Source of the DNA: Nanobdellota archaeon
Lineage (GTDB): Archaea; Nanobdellota; Nanobdellia; UBA10117; ARS21
Direction of reading: 5' to 3'
Assembly (NCBI GenBank): GCA_014239585.1
Contig: JAAZYP010000001.1
Coordinates: 177,955 to 241,954 of the forward strand
Length of the DNA stretch: 64,000 bases
Shown here: one piece after another, positions 53,318-61,998 of the stretch
Layout: every line of letters begins with the position of its first letter
Numbering within the stretch: position 1 is the stretch's first letter
Position numbers and translations under genes: made by a program
Notes under the pieces: model-generated
Seen by the model: only the letters and a program-made list of their open reading frames with translations
Told to the model about the DNA's origin: nothing
Databases searched by the model: none

Positions 53318-54445
53318 TTATACGATCATTGGTCTGAATATACTGACCAATAACATCAAAAAGGTAAGTAGAGAAAGATAAATAAAGACTCGGTTTGACA
53401 ATTTTTCTCGTTTTGTTACTGCAACCAATCCATCTTTAAACATTTTACCTCCGTCAAGCGGTCCAAGTGGTAAAAGATTGAAAAGTCCTACTCCTAAACT
53501 AAGTGTTATAAAGAAATATAAAAAATCTTTGAAAATTGATAAACTATCTGCATACCATGCATTTTTTTTTCGTTCAAGAACTCCTTCGAAACTAAATCCG
53601 TAATGTCCGTCATTTGGGTTTATTGGATTTTCAGATGCAATCATACTTATTACTTCTCCCGAATCTAACGTCAGACTCATTTCTTCCCCAGGTAATTTTT
53701 CAACTAACGATTCGTATGCGAGCTCCGAATCTGAAAGCGGAATATCATCAATAAAAGTGATTACATCGCCAATTTCGAGTCCAGCTGATTCAGCAGGAAA
53801 ATTCTCAGTAACGTCAAGTACATTCAATCCCAATACATTATATGATCCAATCAATATTGGCATAACTGCAAACATCAATACGCCTAATGCAATAACTGCT
53901 GTAGTTATGTTTGCGAATGGTCCAGCTGCATACATTGCAATTCGTTTTGAAGGACTAAGATTTTTGACTTGTTTTTCATTAGGTTTTACAAAAGCAAATG
54001 GTAAAATTGCAAGCAATCCAACACCGGTTGATTCAACTTTAACTTTATGAACTCGTGAAATAATTCCGTGTGCGCCTTCATGAATTACAAGTAATGAGAA
54101 TAATCCGATTATTCCGTGCCAAAATGGAAGGAAAAAATTTGATCCAGGAATTTTTATTCCGGGAATAATTGGTGAAACTACTGCTTCGGGAGATGGGAAG
54201 AAAAAAGCGTTGAATATGAAATAAAATATGAATCCCATTCCTAAATATCCTATTGGAATCCCAATATATGACCAAACTTTCCAGAATCGTTCATATTTTG
54301 CAAGTTTATCCATCAATTTTATTCCGAATTTTCCTTCATAAATAAAAATTATTCCTGCATGACGTTGAATTTTTGATTTATTTTTGTATATTAAAATTGC
54401 CAGAAAAGCATAAAACGCAATAACTGAAATTGTGTTAATCTCCAT
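53318..54445 (-). CDS. site-2 protease (M50) with PDZ domain
   Basis: HEGAHG (HExxH) in a TM helix, PDZ-like GLEIGDVI, and a C-terminal NLLPLGPLDGG motif. Confidence 0.88.
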   Translation of the reverse strand: MEINTISVIAFYAFLAILIYKNKSKIQRHAGIIFIYEGKFGIKLMDKLAKYERFWKVWSYIGIPIGYLGMGFIFYFIFNAFFFPSPEAVVSPIIPGIKIPGSNFFLPFWHGIIGLFSLLVIHEGAHGIISRVHKVKVESTGVGLLAILPFAFVKPNEKQVKNLSPSKRIAMYAAGPFANITTAVIALGVLMFAVMPILIGSYNVLGLNVLDVTENFPAESAGLEIGDVITFIDDIPLSDSELAYESLVEKLPGEEMSLTLDSGEVISMIASENPINPNDGHYGFSFEGVLERKKNAWYADSLSIFKDFLYFFITLSLGVGLFNLLPLGPLDGGKMFKDGLVAVTKREKLSNRVFIYLSLLTFLMLLVSIFRPMIV

Positions 54446-54475
54446 ATACTTGGGACTCGGAGATTGTTAATAAAA

Positions 54476-54673
54476 CTATCCTCGTTTGTACTTAGAAATT
54501 ATATCGATTGTATCGATGTGTCCCATAAATAATGCTCTGCAGCATTGTCTTTTAATACCTGCATCATCTAGTTCTTTCTTAATATCTGACCCTTTGTTTA
54601 CGTTTTCTTTAAAAGTTTCCCATTTATGTGCAACTGGTTTTCCACATGAAAAGCATCGAATTGGAATTATCAT
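54476..54673 (-). CDS. rpoN: DNA-directed RNA polymerase subunit N (Rpb10)
   Basis: MIIPIRCFSCGKPV...RQCCR. The track start 54754 overlaps rps9, so ATG at 54673 is used. Confidence 0.9.
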   Translation of the reverse strand: MIIPIRCFSCGKPVAHKWETFKENVNKGSDIKKELDDAGIKRQCCRALFMGHIDTIDIISKYKRG

Positions 54674-54674
54674 A

Positions 54675-55079
54675 TTATCTGTAGGACTTTTGTCTCTTTG
54701 CTCTTGGCGAAGATTTATTTGGCTTATGCGGTTCGTTTCTTCGAACATCTGCAACTAATAGATGTCTATCATATCCAAGATATGCTTGTCTAAGTTCTTT
54801 TGAACCTGAAAAATCTACTAGTCCTTTCGCAATTGCTAATCTTGCTGCCTCTGTTTGACCTGACTGTCCTCCTCCTTTAATATTTACATCAATATCGACT
54901 GAATTTGATAAATCTCCTGCGATTAAAATTGGTTCTTGGATTTTTTGTCTGAACATTAACGGTAAGTATTCAGATAGAGGCGTTCCGTTAATACTAACTT
55001 TACCGTCACCTTTTCGAATATTTGCTCTAGCAACTGCTTGTTTTCTTTTACCACTAGCTATTACTATTTTATTTGTCAT
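54675..55079 (-). CDS. rps9: 30S ribosomal protein S9 (uS9)
   Basis: GKRKQAVARA...GGGQSGQ...C-terminal KSYR. Confidence 0.93.
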   Translation of the reverse strand: MTNKIVIASGKRKQAVARANIRKGDGKVSINGTPLSEYLPLMFRQKIQEPILIAGDLSNSVDIDVNIKGGGQSGQTEAARLAIAKGLVDFSGSKELRQAYLGYDRHLLVADVRRNEPHKPNKSSPRAKRQKSYR

Positions 55080-55491
55080 ATTTACCTATTAATCTTGATA
55101 CATCTCCTAATTTCATATATTTTGAAGATTTTAATCGACTAACATTTGCTTCATCGATTGTTTTTAATTCTTTATTTTTAAATTCATTTGGAATTCCGAT
55201 ATAACACATTACTCGTTTGAATGCTTCTCTTCCTCTTGTTACTTTATGCGGAAGCATTCTTTTTATTGAACGTCGAACAATTCGGTCAGGCATTCTCGGA
55301 GTAAATGGTCCGTGAAATGGCTTACCGATATTTTTGAAATTTTGGAATTTATCCATTATTGTTTCTTTTGATCCACTCAAAATTGATTTTTCACAATTTA
55401 CAATAACAATTTCTCTCCCCAATAAAACATCTTTTGCAGCTTTACTTGAAAGTCTACCTACAATTAAATCGGATGCGTCATAAATTATCAT
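55069..55491 (-). CDS. rpl13: 50S ribosomal protein L13 (uL13)
   Basis: IYDASDLIVGRLSS.AAK...MLPHK. Confidence 0.92.
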   Translation of the reverse strand: MIIYDASDLIVGRLSSKAAKDVLLGREIVIVNCEKSILSGSKETIMDKFQNFKNIGKPFHGPFTPRMPDRIVRRSIKRMLPHKVTRGREAFKRVMCYIGIPNEFKNKELKTIDEANVSRLKSSKYMKLGDVSRLIGKYDK

Positions 55492-55829
55492 GAAACTAAC
55501 CTCAATTTACTTCCCTCTAATTCTTTTACTGATAAATCATGTAATGAAATTATACTTGAACCTGATGCTTTTAATTTTGAAAGTACTGCTTCAGAGAATC
55601 TCCAACAAGAAATTGTTAATTTCTTTTGAAGTTGTCCGCCTGCAACTAATTTTCCAGGAATAACAACAGTTTCACCATCATCATAATCATTCAAACTTCC
55701 TAAATTAACTGTAATTCTCTTTCGTGCTGGAACAGAAAGCATATCTGAAACTTTTCCCCAAAAATTAGATTTCTTTCTAAGACTTGCTATGAGAATCTTC
55801 AAGTTTACGTTTGTTGCTCCGTATATCAT
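55488..55829 (-). CDS. rpl18e: 50S ribosomal protein L18e (eL18)
   Basis: VVIPGKLVAGGQL...ISCWRFSEAVLSKLKASG. ATG at 55829 is used because the track start 55847 runs into tRNA-Leu; GAGG lies 8 nt upstream. Confidence 0.85.
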   Translation of the reverse strand: MIYGATNVNLKILIASLRKKSNFWGKVSDMLSVPARKRITVNLGSLNDYDDGETVVIPGKLVAGGQLQKKLTISCWRFSEAVLSKLKASGSSIISLHDLSVKELEGSKLRLVS

Positions 55830-55842
55830 TTTTTTCCTCTGA

Positions 55843-55926
55843 TGCAAGGGACAGGACTCGAACCTGCGTAGGCACTAAGCCAATGGGACCTAAACCCACC
55901 CCGTTTGACCACTCCGGCACCCTTGC
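55843..55926 (-). tRNA. tRNA-Leu(UAG), class II with long variable arm
   Basis: Acceptor GCAAGGG/CCCTTGC, anticodon stem GTGGG/CCCAT with loop TTTAGGT, long variable arm, T arm GCAGG-TTCGAGT-CCTGT. Confidence 0.88.
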
Positions 55927-55928
55927 GC

Positions 55929-56576
55929 TTATTTGAGTTTTAATTCCTTAAGATTTGCTTCTGCCTTATTTAAGGCATTAGTTAGCATTTCTTTAGGAGT
56001 TAGCTGACCCCAGCTCTCTATTACGAGTATGAATTTATTTGGTTGGTTTTTAAGCTTTACTATTGATTCTGAGTCTACCATTTTTCGCAATTCTTCTAAA
56101 CTTTCTTTACCTTTTGCTGCTGAAGGATAACGGAAGAAATATACATTTCCCGCACTCCATTTTGAATGTTCTGCTCCAGTTCCAATTGTTGCGGTAGCAG
56201 TTAATTCTACTTTTTGCTCTTTAGATAATAATACTAAGGGTGTATGTGGATTAATTACTTCAACACCTTTGCCTTTAGTTACTAAATCTGATGCTCGAAT
56301 TACTTTCGGACCTTCTACACTTAATTTAAAATGAACTTCTGGTTTCTTCAATGTGAAAATATCTTTGTTTACTTTCAACGGAAGTAATCCTAATCTTTGC
56401 GCTAAGATTTCATCATATAATGCTGAATTATTTTGTATAAATGTTACATTTTCAATTGCGAACGTTTTAATTCCAAATGAACAATTTCTTCGAATTAAGT
56501 TCATAAATGATGTTCCCACATCTTCGACAATGACTTGTAATTCATTATCATCTGAATAAATTTCTTGTAATTTCAT
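55929..56576 (-). CDS. rpoD: DNA-directed RNA polymerase subunit D (Rpb3-like), without Fe-S cysteines
   Basis: SFMNLIRR...ALYDEILAQRLGLLPL. ATGA overlap with rps11 at 56573-56576. Only one Cys in the whole protein. Confidence 0.85.
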   Translation of the reverse strand: MKLQEIYSDDNELQVIVEDVGTSFMNLIRRNCSFGIKTFAIENVTFIQNNSALYDEILAQRLGLLPLKVNKDIFTLKKPEVHFKLSVEGPKVIRASDLVTKGKGVEVINPHTPLVLLSKEQKVELTATATIGTGAEHSKWSAGNVYFFRYPSAAKGKESLEELRKMVDSESIVKLKNQPNKFILVIESWGQLTPKEMLTNALNKAEANLKELKLK

Positions 56577-56971
56577 ACTCTTCGACCTCTTCGACCACCT
56601 TTCTTTCTGCATCCGCCATGTGGAATTGGTGTTACATCTTCAATAGACATTATTTTGATTCCATTCTTTGTTAAAGTTCTTATCGTTGGTTGTGCTCCCG
56701 GACCTGGATGTCTTGAACCATTATGTCCGCCTTGTGCTCTCACTCTAACATGTACTTTTCTCATTCCTTTTTCCTTTAATGCTTCAGCCACTCTCTTAGC
56801 TGCAACAACTGCGGTATTTGCGTGAGCTTCAAGTCTTTGTTGTTTTGTTATTTGACCGCCTGAAACTAAAGATAATGTTTCTGAACCGGTCATATCTGTA
56901 ACATGAATAATTGTGTTATTATAAGATGAATAGATATTTGCAATTCCGACTAAATCTGTTTTTGTTACCAT
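56573..56971 (-). CDS. rps11: 30S ribosomal protein S11 (uS11)
   Basis: GIANIYSSYNNTIIHVTD...RVRAQGG...C-terminal GGRRGRRV. Confidence 0.94.
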   Translation of the reverse strand: MVTKTDLVGIANIYSSYNNTIIHVTDMTGSETLSLVSGGQITKQQRLEAHANTAVVAAKRVAEALKEKGMRKVHVRVRAQGGHNGSRHPGPGAQPTIRTLTKNGIKIMSIEDVTPIPHGGCRKKGGRRGRRV

Positions 56972-57525
56972 TATGCTGTTACCTCTCCTGATGTTGGAAC
57001 TTTAACTTCTTTAACTTCAACTTTAGGTTCTTCAATTACTTTTACTAGATTTGGTGTAAACCCGTCTTTAAATGCAACTTTATCTCCAGTTTTAATTAAA
57101 TATGCAGGAGATGAAACAACTTTTTCGTTGATCATAACTTTTCGGTGTAAAATAAATTGTCTTGATTGTTTTACTGAATTTGCAAGTCCCATTTTGTAAA
57201 CAACAGTTTGTAATCGTCTTTCAAGAATGTCTCTAAGTGATAAATTCAAAACATCACCTGTTGTTGAATCTTCCTTAAGTAATCCTAATCTGGTTAATCT
57301 TGAGATTAAAATTTTAATTGCAGAATCTTTTCGTTCTCCTCTAAGACCGATAATATCTCTTGCTTGTTTTCTAAAATTTCTTAAAAGTGAACTCATTTTC
57401 CAAATTTGTTTTTTATTAGTCAATCCATATTCGTTGATTAATTTTTTCTCTTCATCAATTCGTTCTGCTTGCCAAGGATGATTTGGCGTATCATATTTTC
57501 GTCTAGTTTTTCTTGCAAGTCCCAT
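56971..57525 (-). CDS. rps4: 30S ribosomal protein S4 (uS4)
   Basis: RKYDTPNHPW...RLQT.V...S4 RNA-binding domain. Confidence 0.93.
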   Translation of the reverse strand: MGLARKTRRKYDTPNHPWQAERIDEEKKLINEYGLTNKKQIWKMSSLLRNFRKQARDIIGLRGERKDSAIKILISRLTRLGLLKEDSTTGDVLNLSLRDILERRLQTVVYKMGLANSVKQSRQFILHRKVMINEKVVSSPAYLIKTGDKVAFKDGFTPNLVKVIEEPKVEVKEVKVPTSGEVTA

Positions 57526-57980
57526 TATTTAGTCTCCTTCTTACGTGAAGCTACTCCGCCAGTTCTTCCAGTAGATTTAGTACTTTGACCTCTGACTTTC
57601 TTTGAACCGGAAGCATGTCTAACTCCTCGATAAGATTTAATCTTTCTCATTAATCTAATATCGAATTGTTTTCTTAAATCAAGATCTGCTGAAAGTAAAT
57701 GTTCATCTTTTCCTGAATCGCGATCTTTTCGTCGATTAAATAACCATGAAGGAATATTATATTTTGTGGGGTTTCTAATACAATCTTCGATCTTTTCAAT
57801 TTCTTTTAACGGATAATCTCCGCATCGTTTTCTTCGATCTAAGTTTAGAACCTTGCACACTGCATTAGCTAACATAAAAGACATACCTTTAGGTAGAGTC
57901 AACGCGTGACCCATAGGAACTTTTCCCATGATATCTTTATCTCCTAGTCTTATGATCTCTCTGAAGCTTTCATCAGTCAT
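57525..57980 (-). CDS. rps13: 30S ribosomal protein S13 (uS13)
   Basis: FREIIRLGDKDIMG...YRGVRH..G.KVRGQ.TKSTGR. Confidence 0.93.
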   Translation of the reverse strand: MTDESFREIIRLGDKDIMGKVPMGHALTLPKGMSFMLANAVCKVLNLDRRKRCGDYPLKEIEKIEDCIRNPTKYNIPSWLFNRRKDRDSGKDEHLLSADLDLRKQFDIRLMRKIKSYRGVRHASGSKKVRGQSTKSTGRTGGVASRKKETK

Positions 57981-58088
57981 GACTTTCTATTTTTAGTGTC
58001 ATTTTTAAAGCTTTTGATAAAAAATCTGATGACGGAATTGAAGTTTTTTCTAAACTGTCTTTTGGTATTAATTTATTCTGTTTTAGCC

Positions 58089-58106
58089 TCATTTTAAAAA
58101 AAATGA
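58089..58106 (-). terminator. A/T palindrome TCATTTT-AAAA-AAAATGA, 1 nt after the tRNA-Ser 3' end
   Basis: 7-bp inverted repeat; low complexity, so it is weaker than the other four. Confidence 0.3.
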
Positions 58107-58107
58107 A

Positions 58108-58189
58108 CGCCGAGGGTGGGATTTGAACCCACGATCCCGATGGGACAGGATTTCCAATCCTGCGCAATACCTGGCTATGCGACCTCGGC
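58108..58189 (-). tRNA. tRNA-Ser(GGA), class II
   Basis: Acceptor GCCGAGG/CCTCGGC, anticodon stem CAGGA/TCCTG with loop TTGGAAA, long variable arm, T arm GTGGG-TTCAAAT-CCCAC. Confidence 0.9.
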
Positions 58190-58273
58190 AATAAAAAAGG
58201 GGCGTCGATGTACGTTTATAAAACTTTTCTAAACTATCTATAGATTTAAATAATTCTCAGCCTTACTAAAATT

Positions 58274-58681
58274 ATGAAGCGAAAAATACAAAAACATCTT
58301 CACGAAAATGAAGAAATCTTACATATCGAAATTCCTTCTTGGATGAAATATCATAAAGAAATAATTTTAAGTCCATTAATTTTGCCTTTGATTCATGCCG
58401 TTTTGAGAAAATATTCAACTCACCTAGTTATTACTAATGATCGTGTTCTTACTCGTCACGGAATAATTGGTGAACATTCCAAAGGAGTAAAATTTGATAA
58501 TATAACTACAATTAAAGTTCATCAAAGTGCAATGGGTGCATTAATGAATTACGGCCATATTCATGTTCATACACAATCTGGTGGACATGCAGATTTAAAT
58601 TTTCATTTTATAAAAAATCCCATTACTGTGAAAAAGGCAATAGAGCGTGGAATGAATTCTAAAAATCCTTTGGAAGCATAA
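58274..58681 (+). CDS. bacterial-type PH domain (bPH_2/YdbS-like) membrane protein
   Basis: Two N-terminal TM segments, then LVITNDRVLTRHGIIGEHSKGVKFDNITTI. Confidence 0.6.
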   Translation: MKRKIQKHLHENEEILHIEIPSWMKYHKEIILSPLILPLIHAVLRKYSTHLVITNDRVLTRHGIIGEHSKGVKFDNITTIKVHQSAMGALMNYGHIHVHTQSGGHADLNFHFIKNPITVKKAIERGMNSKNPLEA

Positions 58682-58811
58682 CTGGAATTCCGGACTCAAT
58701 TTCAAAATTTCGAATACACTTTTTACAAATTAATTTATTTTTCTTTTTATCAAAGGTTAAATTTCCTTTATCGTCTGGGCAACATAATATTTCAATTAAT
58801 TCTTTATCCAT
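58659..58811 (-). CDS. Trm112-like small zinc protein (50 aa)
   Basis: Manual translation MDKELIEILCCPDDKGNLTFDKKKNKLICKKCIRNFEIESGIPVMLPKDF matches the Trm112/UPF0434 pattern (LL.ILvCP..kG.L......L.C..C...y.I.dGIPvmL). Below the track cutoff; overlaps both neighbours. Confidence 0.65.
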   Translation of the reverse strand: MDKELIEILCCPDDKGNLTFDKKKNKLICKKCIRNFEIESGIPVMLPKDF

Positions 58812-59715
58812 TTGGTATCAAATTCAGGAAATTGCGTACTGCAACACCTTCTTTAGATGTTTTGAATGATTTTGAATCTGCTTTTGCAATTCCTATTCCT
58901 ATTAATTCATTCTTCCTATTAAATACAGCGATTTTTTCTTTTTCAAATATTCCTTTTGAGAATTTTAAAATTCCATTAAAATAAACTGGTGATCCGTATG
59001 ACCAAGGTTTAAGAACTCCGTCGTCCACCCAAACTTTTCTAATTTCAGACACTGCTTTTTCAAGTGGTATCAAAACTTTTCTTAATTTAGTTTCATCACC
59101 CATTAAATAATTTCTAACTTTATTTTCTGGAATTGCATCTTTTTCAGTAAATGGTCCACTCTTAGTCCTCCTGAGTTCGAACATATGTGCACCTGTTCCA
59201 AGGTCTACACCAATATCATGAATTAATTTTCGGATATATGTTCCTGCTTGACACTCAACATCAATTACTGCAATTCGATCTTTAAAACTAATTAATTTTA
59301 TTGAATAAATTTCTCGTTCACGCGTCTGACGTTTAACTGCCGATACTTTTGGAACTCTTTGCATTATTTTACCAGTAAATTTCTTTAGAGCTTTTTTAAG
59401 ATCAGTTTTAGAAACATCTTTATGAATATTCATTGTTGCCAAATATTTTTTTCTAGATAATGACAATACTGAAGATATTTTGTTCCCTCTATTCAAAAAT
59501 ATTGGTAATACTCCCGTAGTTATTGGATCCAATGTTCCTGCGTGTCCAGCTTTTTTAAATTTGAACTCTTCTCTCAAAAATTCTGTTGATTCTCGTGATT
59601 TTGGTCCTTTTGATTTATCCAAAATTAATAAAGAATATTCTTTCAAATGTTCTATTGATTTCTTTGGTGTTCGTTTATTTATTTTTATTTCTGGAGCCCT
59701 AATAATTATATCCAT
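58804..59715 (-). CDS. cbf5: H/ACA RNP pseudouridine synthase Cbf5 (TruB family plus PUA)
   Basis: Catalytic GHAGTLDP and a C-terminal PUA domain. Confidence 0.9.
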   Translation of the reverse strand: MDIIIRAPEIKINKRTPKKSIEHLKEYSLLILDKSKGPKSRESTEFLREEFKFKKAGHAGTLDPITTGVLPIFLNRGNKISSVLSLSRKKYLATMNIHKDVSKTDLKKALKKFTGKIMQRVPKVSAVKRQTREREIYSIKLISFKDRIAVIDVECQAGTYIRKLIHDIGVDLGTGAHMFELRRTKSGPFTEKDAIPENKVRNYLMGDETKLRKVLIPLEKAVSEIRKVWVDDGVLKPWSYGSPVYFNGILKFSKGIFEKEKIAVFNRKNELIGIGIAKADSKSFKTSKEGVAVRNFLNLIPNG

Positions 59716-59716
59716 T

Positions 59717-60124
59717 CTATTGAACTTTCAATACTTTTCTAAAAATTGTTGAAAATAAAATTGATAATAAAATATATGATCCCAACCATCCAAGATGTCC
59801 GGACCAAAATGGAAGTGGAATTACAATTATTCCTGCCATTGTTTTCTTCAACCATGAAAACACTAAGATTAAGGGTAAAAAATAATACATCATTGGTTTG
59901 AAAGACATTTTCATTTGCTTCATTGAAAGTTCCATCATTTTTGGTTGAATTTCTTTCATTTTATCGATATTATTTCGATTAGATTTCATTTCTTTTTGAT
60001 ATTTTTTAATTTGTTTTTTAATTTCACGAACTACATTTTGATCAATTGCAAATTTATTTACAATTGTAATCATAAACGATACCATCATGGCAACCAATGT
60101 TACTGTTGTTAATGGTCCCATCAT
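59717..60124 (-). CDS. DUF106 / EMC3-TMCO1-like protein (archaeal YidC/Oxa1-superfamily insertase candidate)
   Basis: TM1, then a K/M-rich coiled hairpin (KKQIKKYQKEMK...MMELSMKQMKMSFKP), then two TMs. Conserved position downstream of secY. Confidence 0.7.
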   Translation of the reverse strand: MMGPLTTVTLVAMMVSFMITIVNKFAIDQNVVREIKKQIKKYQKEMKSNRNNIDKMKEIQPKMMELSMKQMKMSFKPMMYYFLPLILVFSWLKKTMAGIIVIPLPFWSGHLGWLGSYILLSILFSTIFRKVLKVQ

Positions 60125-61506
60125 TCTTCGCCTCCCATCATTTTTCTCAAAGATGGATGCATATCCATTGCATGTTCTTTAGCGATTTTTTCATAAAATT
60201 GATAAATAATCATAACTGCCAATAAAATACCTGTTCCTCTACTCAGAGATCCCATTAAATCTGCTATAGCTGCTAATAATCCTACGGTTGCTCCACCCAT
60301 AACTGTTAAACCAGGAATATATCGATTTAGAATACTTTCTAAAACTCTCGGATCTCGTCTAAATCCTGGAACTTGAAGTCCTGAAGATAAAATTTGTTTT
60401 GCTTGAGCTTCTGCACTCATATTTGCAGTCTTTACCCAAAGTACGGAAAAAAATGCTGATCCTGCAATCAACATCGTAGTATATACTAATGCTTGTAACA
60501 TAATCTCTCCATTTAATCCTCCGAGAACTGCAGATTGGACTATGTTCGGAGTATTTACCCACTTAACTAATCCTGTTGCAGGTGCACCGTTTGCAAATGT
60601 TCCCAATAACGGATAGCCGTAATTTTCGAGCAATCTCGCCCATAACTGAACATTAGCCATCAATGCTGCAACTAAAATGACAGGTATATTTGATGTATAT
60701 AAAAATTTCAACGGCCATCTCATTCCATAACCTCTAACTCTTCCGAACGATAACGGAATTTCAACTTTCATTGCTGAACCATATATCGACATTACGAATA
60801 CCAATACTGTTGCTGCAACTGCAATTACTGATAATAATACACCTGTTGCATCACCTGATCCCAGTGCTTGAATAAGATATGGAATTTTACCGACAGGTAC
60901 TTCTGGATTTAATGGACTTGGAAATGGGCTAAACGCTGCGATAAATATTTCTCGAGATACTCCGGCTGCGATAAATAATGATACTCCTGATCCAAATCCC
61001 CACTTTTGGGCAACTCCATCCATAAGTACAATCATATATCCTCCAACAATTAATTGTAAAATCAATATTGCTTGCATTAATCCATAAGATGGGGCTGTTG
61101 CCAACGGGGTCAATCCGCCCATTATTACATAAATGAATGCTTCAAATAATACAAATGCTAAAATGAATACTTTTTGTAATGATTGAAATTTTGCCCTACC
61201 TTCCGGTTTGGAAATATCCATATTCAGGATCCCCGAACCGACCAATAATTGTAATACGATACTTGCTGTAACGATTGGACCAATACCTAAAGATATAAGC
61301 GATCCAAAACTTGCACCTAATATTGTGGAAAGAGATTCAAATTGACTTAATGCATTTTGACCTAAACCATATAATGGAATGTGTAATAACACAAAATACA
61401 TTAACAAAATTAATCCAGTCCATTTTAATTTATCATTAAAAGTTAACTTTTTTTCTGGTCCTGCGACTTCAGGAATATACCTGGATAATTTAGTAGTTAA
61501 ACTCAT
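60121..61506 (-). CDS. secY: protein translocase subunit SecY
   Basis: 461 aa, 10 TM segments, family-typical LGIGPIVTASIVLQLL. Confidence 0.95.
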   Translation of the reverse strand: MSLTTKLSRYIPEVAGPEKKLTFNDKLKWTGLILLMYFVLLHIPLYGLGQNALSQFESLSTILGASFGSLISLGIGPIVTASIVLQLLVGSGILNMDISKPEGRAKFQSLQKVFILAFVLFEAFIYVIMGGLTPLATAPSYGLMQAILILQLIVGGYMIVLMDGVAQKWGFGSGVSLFIAAGVSREIFIAAFSPFPSPLNPEVPVGKIPYLIQALGSGDATGVLLSVIAVAATVLVFVMSIYGSAMKVEIPLSFGRVRGYGMRWPLKFLYTSNIPVILVAALMANVQLWARLLENYGYPLLGTFANGAPATGLVKWVNTPNIVQSAVLGGLNGEIMLQALVYTTMLIAGSAFFSVLWVKTANMSAEAQAKQILSSGLQVPGFRRDPRVLESILNRYIPGLTVMGGATVGLLAAIADLMGSLSRGTGILLAVMIIYQFYEKIAKEHAMDMHPSLRKMMGGEE

Positions 61507-61536
61507 AATATGAATTAAGACGCAGACTTATATTTC

Positions 61537-61998
61537 TTACTCTTGAATTTTTCCGCCAGCCGCTTCTAATTTTTCTTTTGCTTTAACAGAGTGGGCCATA
61601 ATCGTTATATTAATTTTTTTATCTAATTCGCCATCAGAAAGAAGTTTATCGTATCCTAATTTTGATAGATTGACTGAATAAACATCTTTTGTCTTTTTTG
61701 CTTTTGCAGATTTTACCCAATTTTCAATTTGATTGGATAATTTTGATAGATTAATTGTGTTTGCGATAATTGAACTATTTCTAACAACTTCCATTCCAGT
61801 GTTATTATTCGCAATTTTACCTACTGCTTTTTTTCCTTGAGATAGCGGAAGTGTTTTCTTCTGAGCTCCTCGTTTTCCAAGTCCTGCTCGTCCTCTTCCG
61901 CCTCGATTTCCTGCACCTCGATGCTTCTTACCCATTCCCCAACCGTGTGTTCGTTTTCCTCTTTGTTTTCGAGATTTAGATTCTTTTCGAATTACCAT
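61537..61998 (-). CDS. rpl15: 50S ribosomal protein L15 (uL15)
   Basis: KRTHGWGMGKKHRGAGNRGGRG. Confidence 0.92.
   Translation of the reverse strand: MVIRKESKSRKQRGKRTHGWGMGKKHRGAGNRGGRGRAGLGKRGAQKKTLPLSQGKKAVGKIANNNTGMEVVRNSSIIANTINLSKLSNQIENWVKSAKAKKTKDVYSVNLSKLGYDKLLSDGELDKKINITIMAHSVKAKEKLEAAGGKIQE

Noticed and set aside
58025-58090. C/D-box sRNA candidate around CTGATGA at about 58030 (and TGATGA at about 28891)
   Set aside because: No matching D box (CTGA) lies at the appropriate distance and there is no terminal stem. The 28891 site is better explained as the metG ribosome-binding region (GAGGT).
53290-61531. 12-nt exact repeat ACGCAGACTTAT at 53290-53301 (upstream of tfe) and 61520-61531 (upstream of secY)
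   Set aside because: Both copies sit just downstream of TATA-like sequences, which is suggestive. However, exact 12-mers are expected to recur by chance many times in 64 kb on two strands, and the distance to the two start codons differs by 6 nt. This is not distinguishable from coincidence without genome-wide motif statistics.
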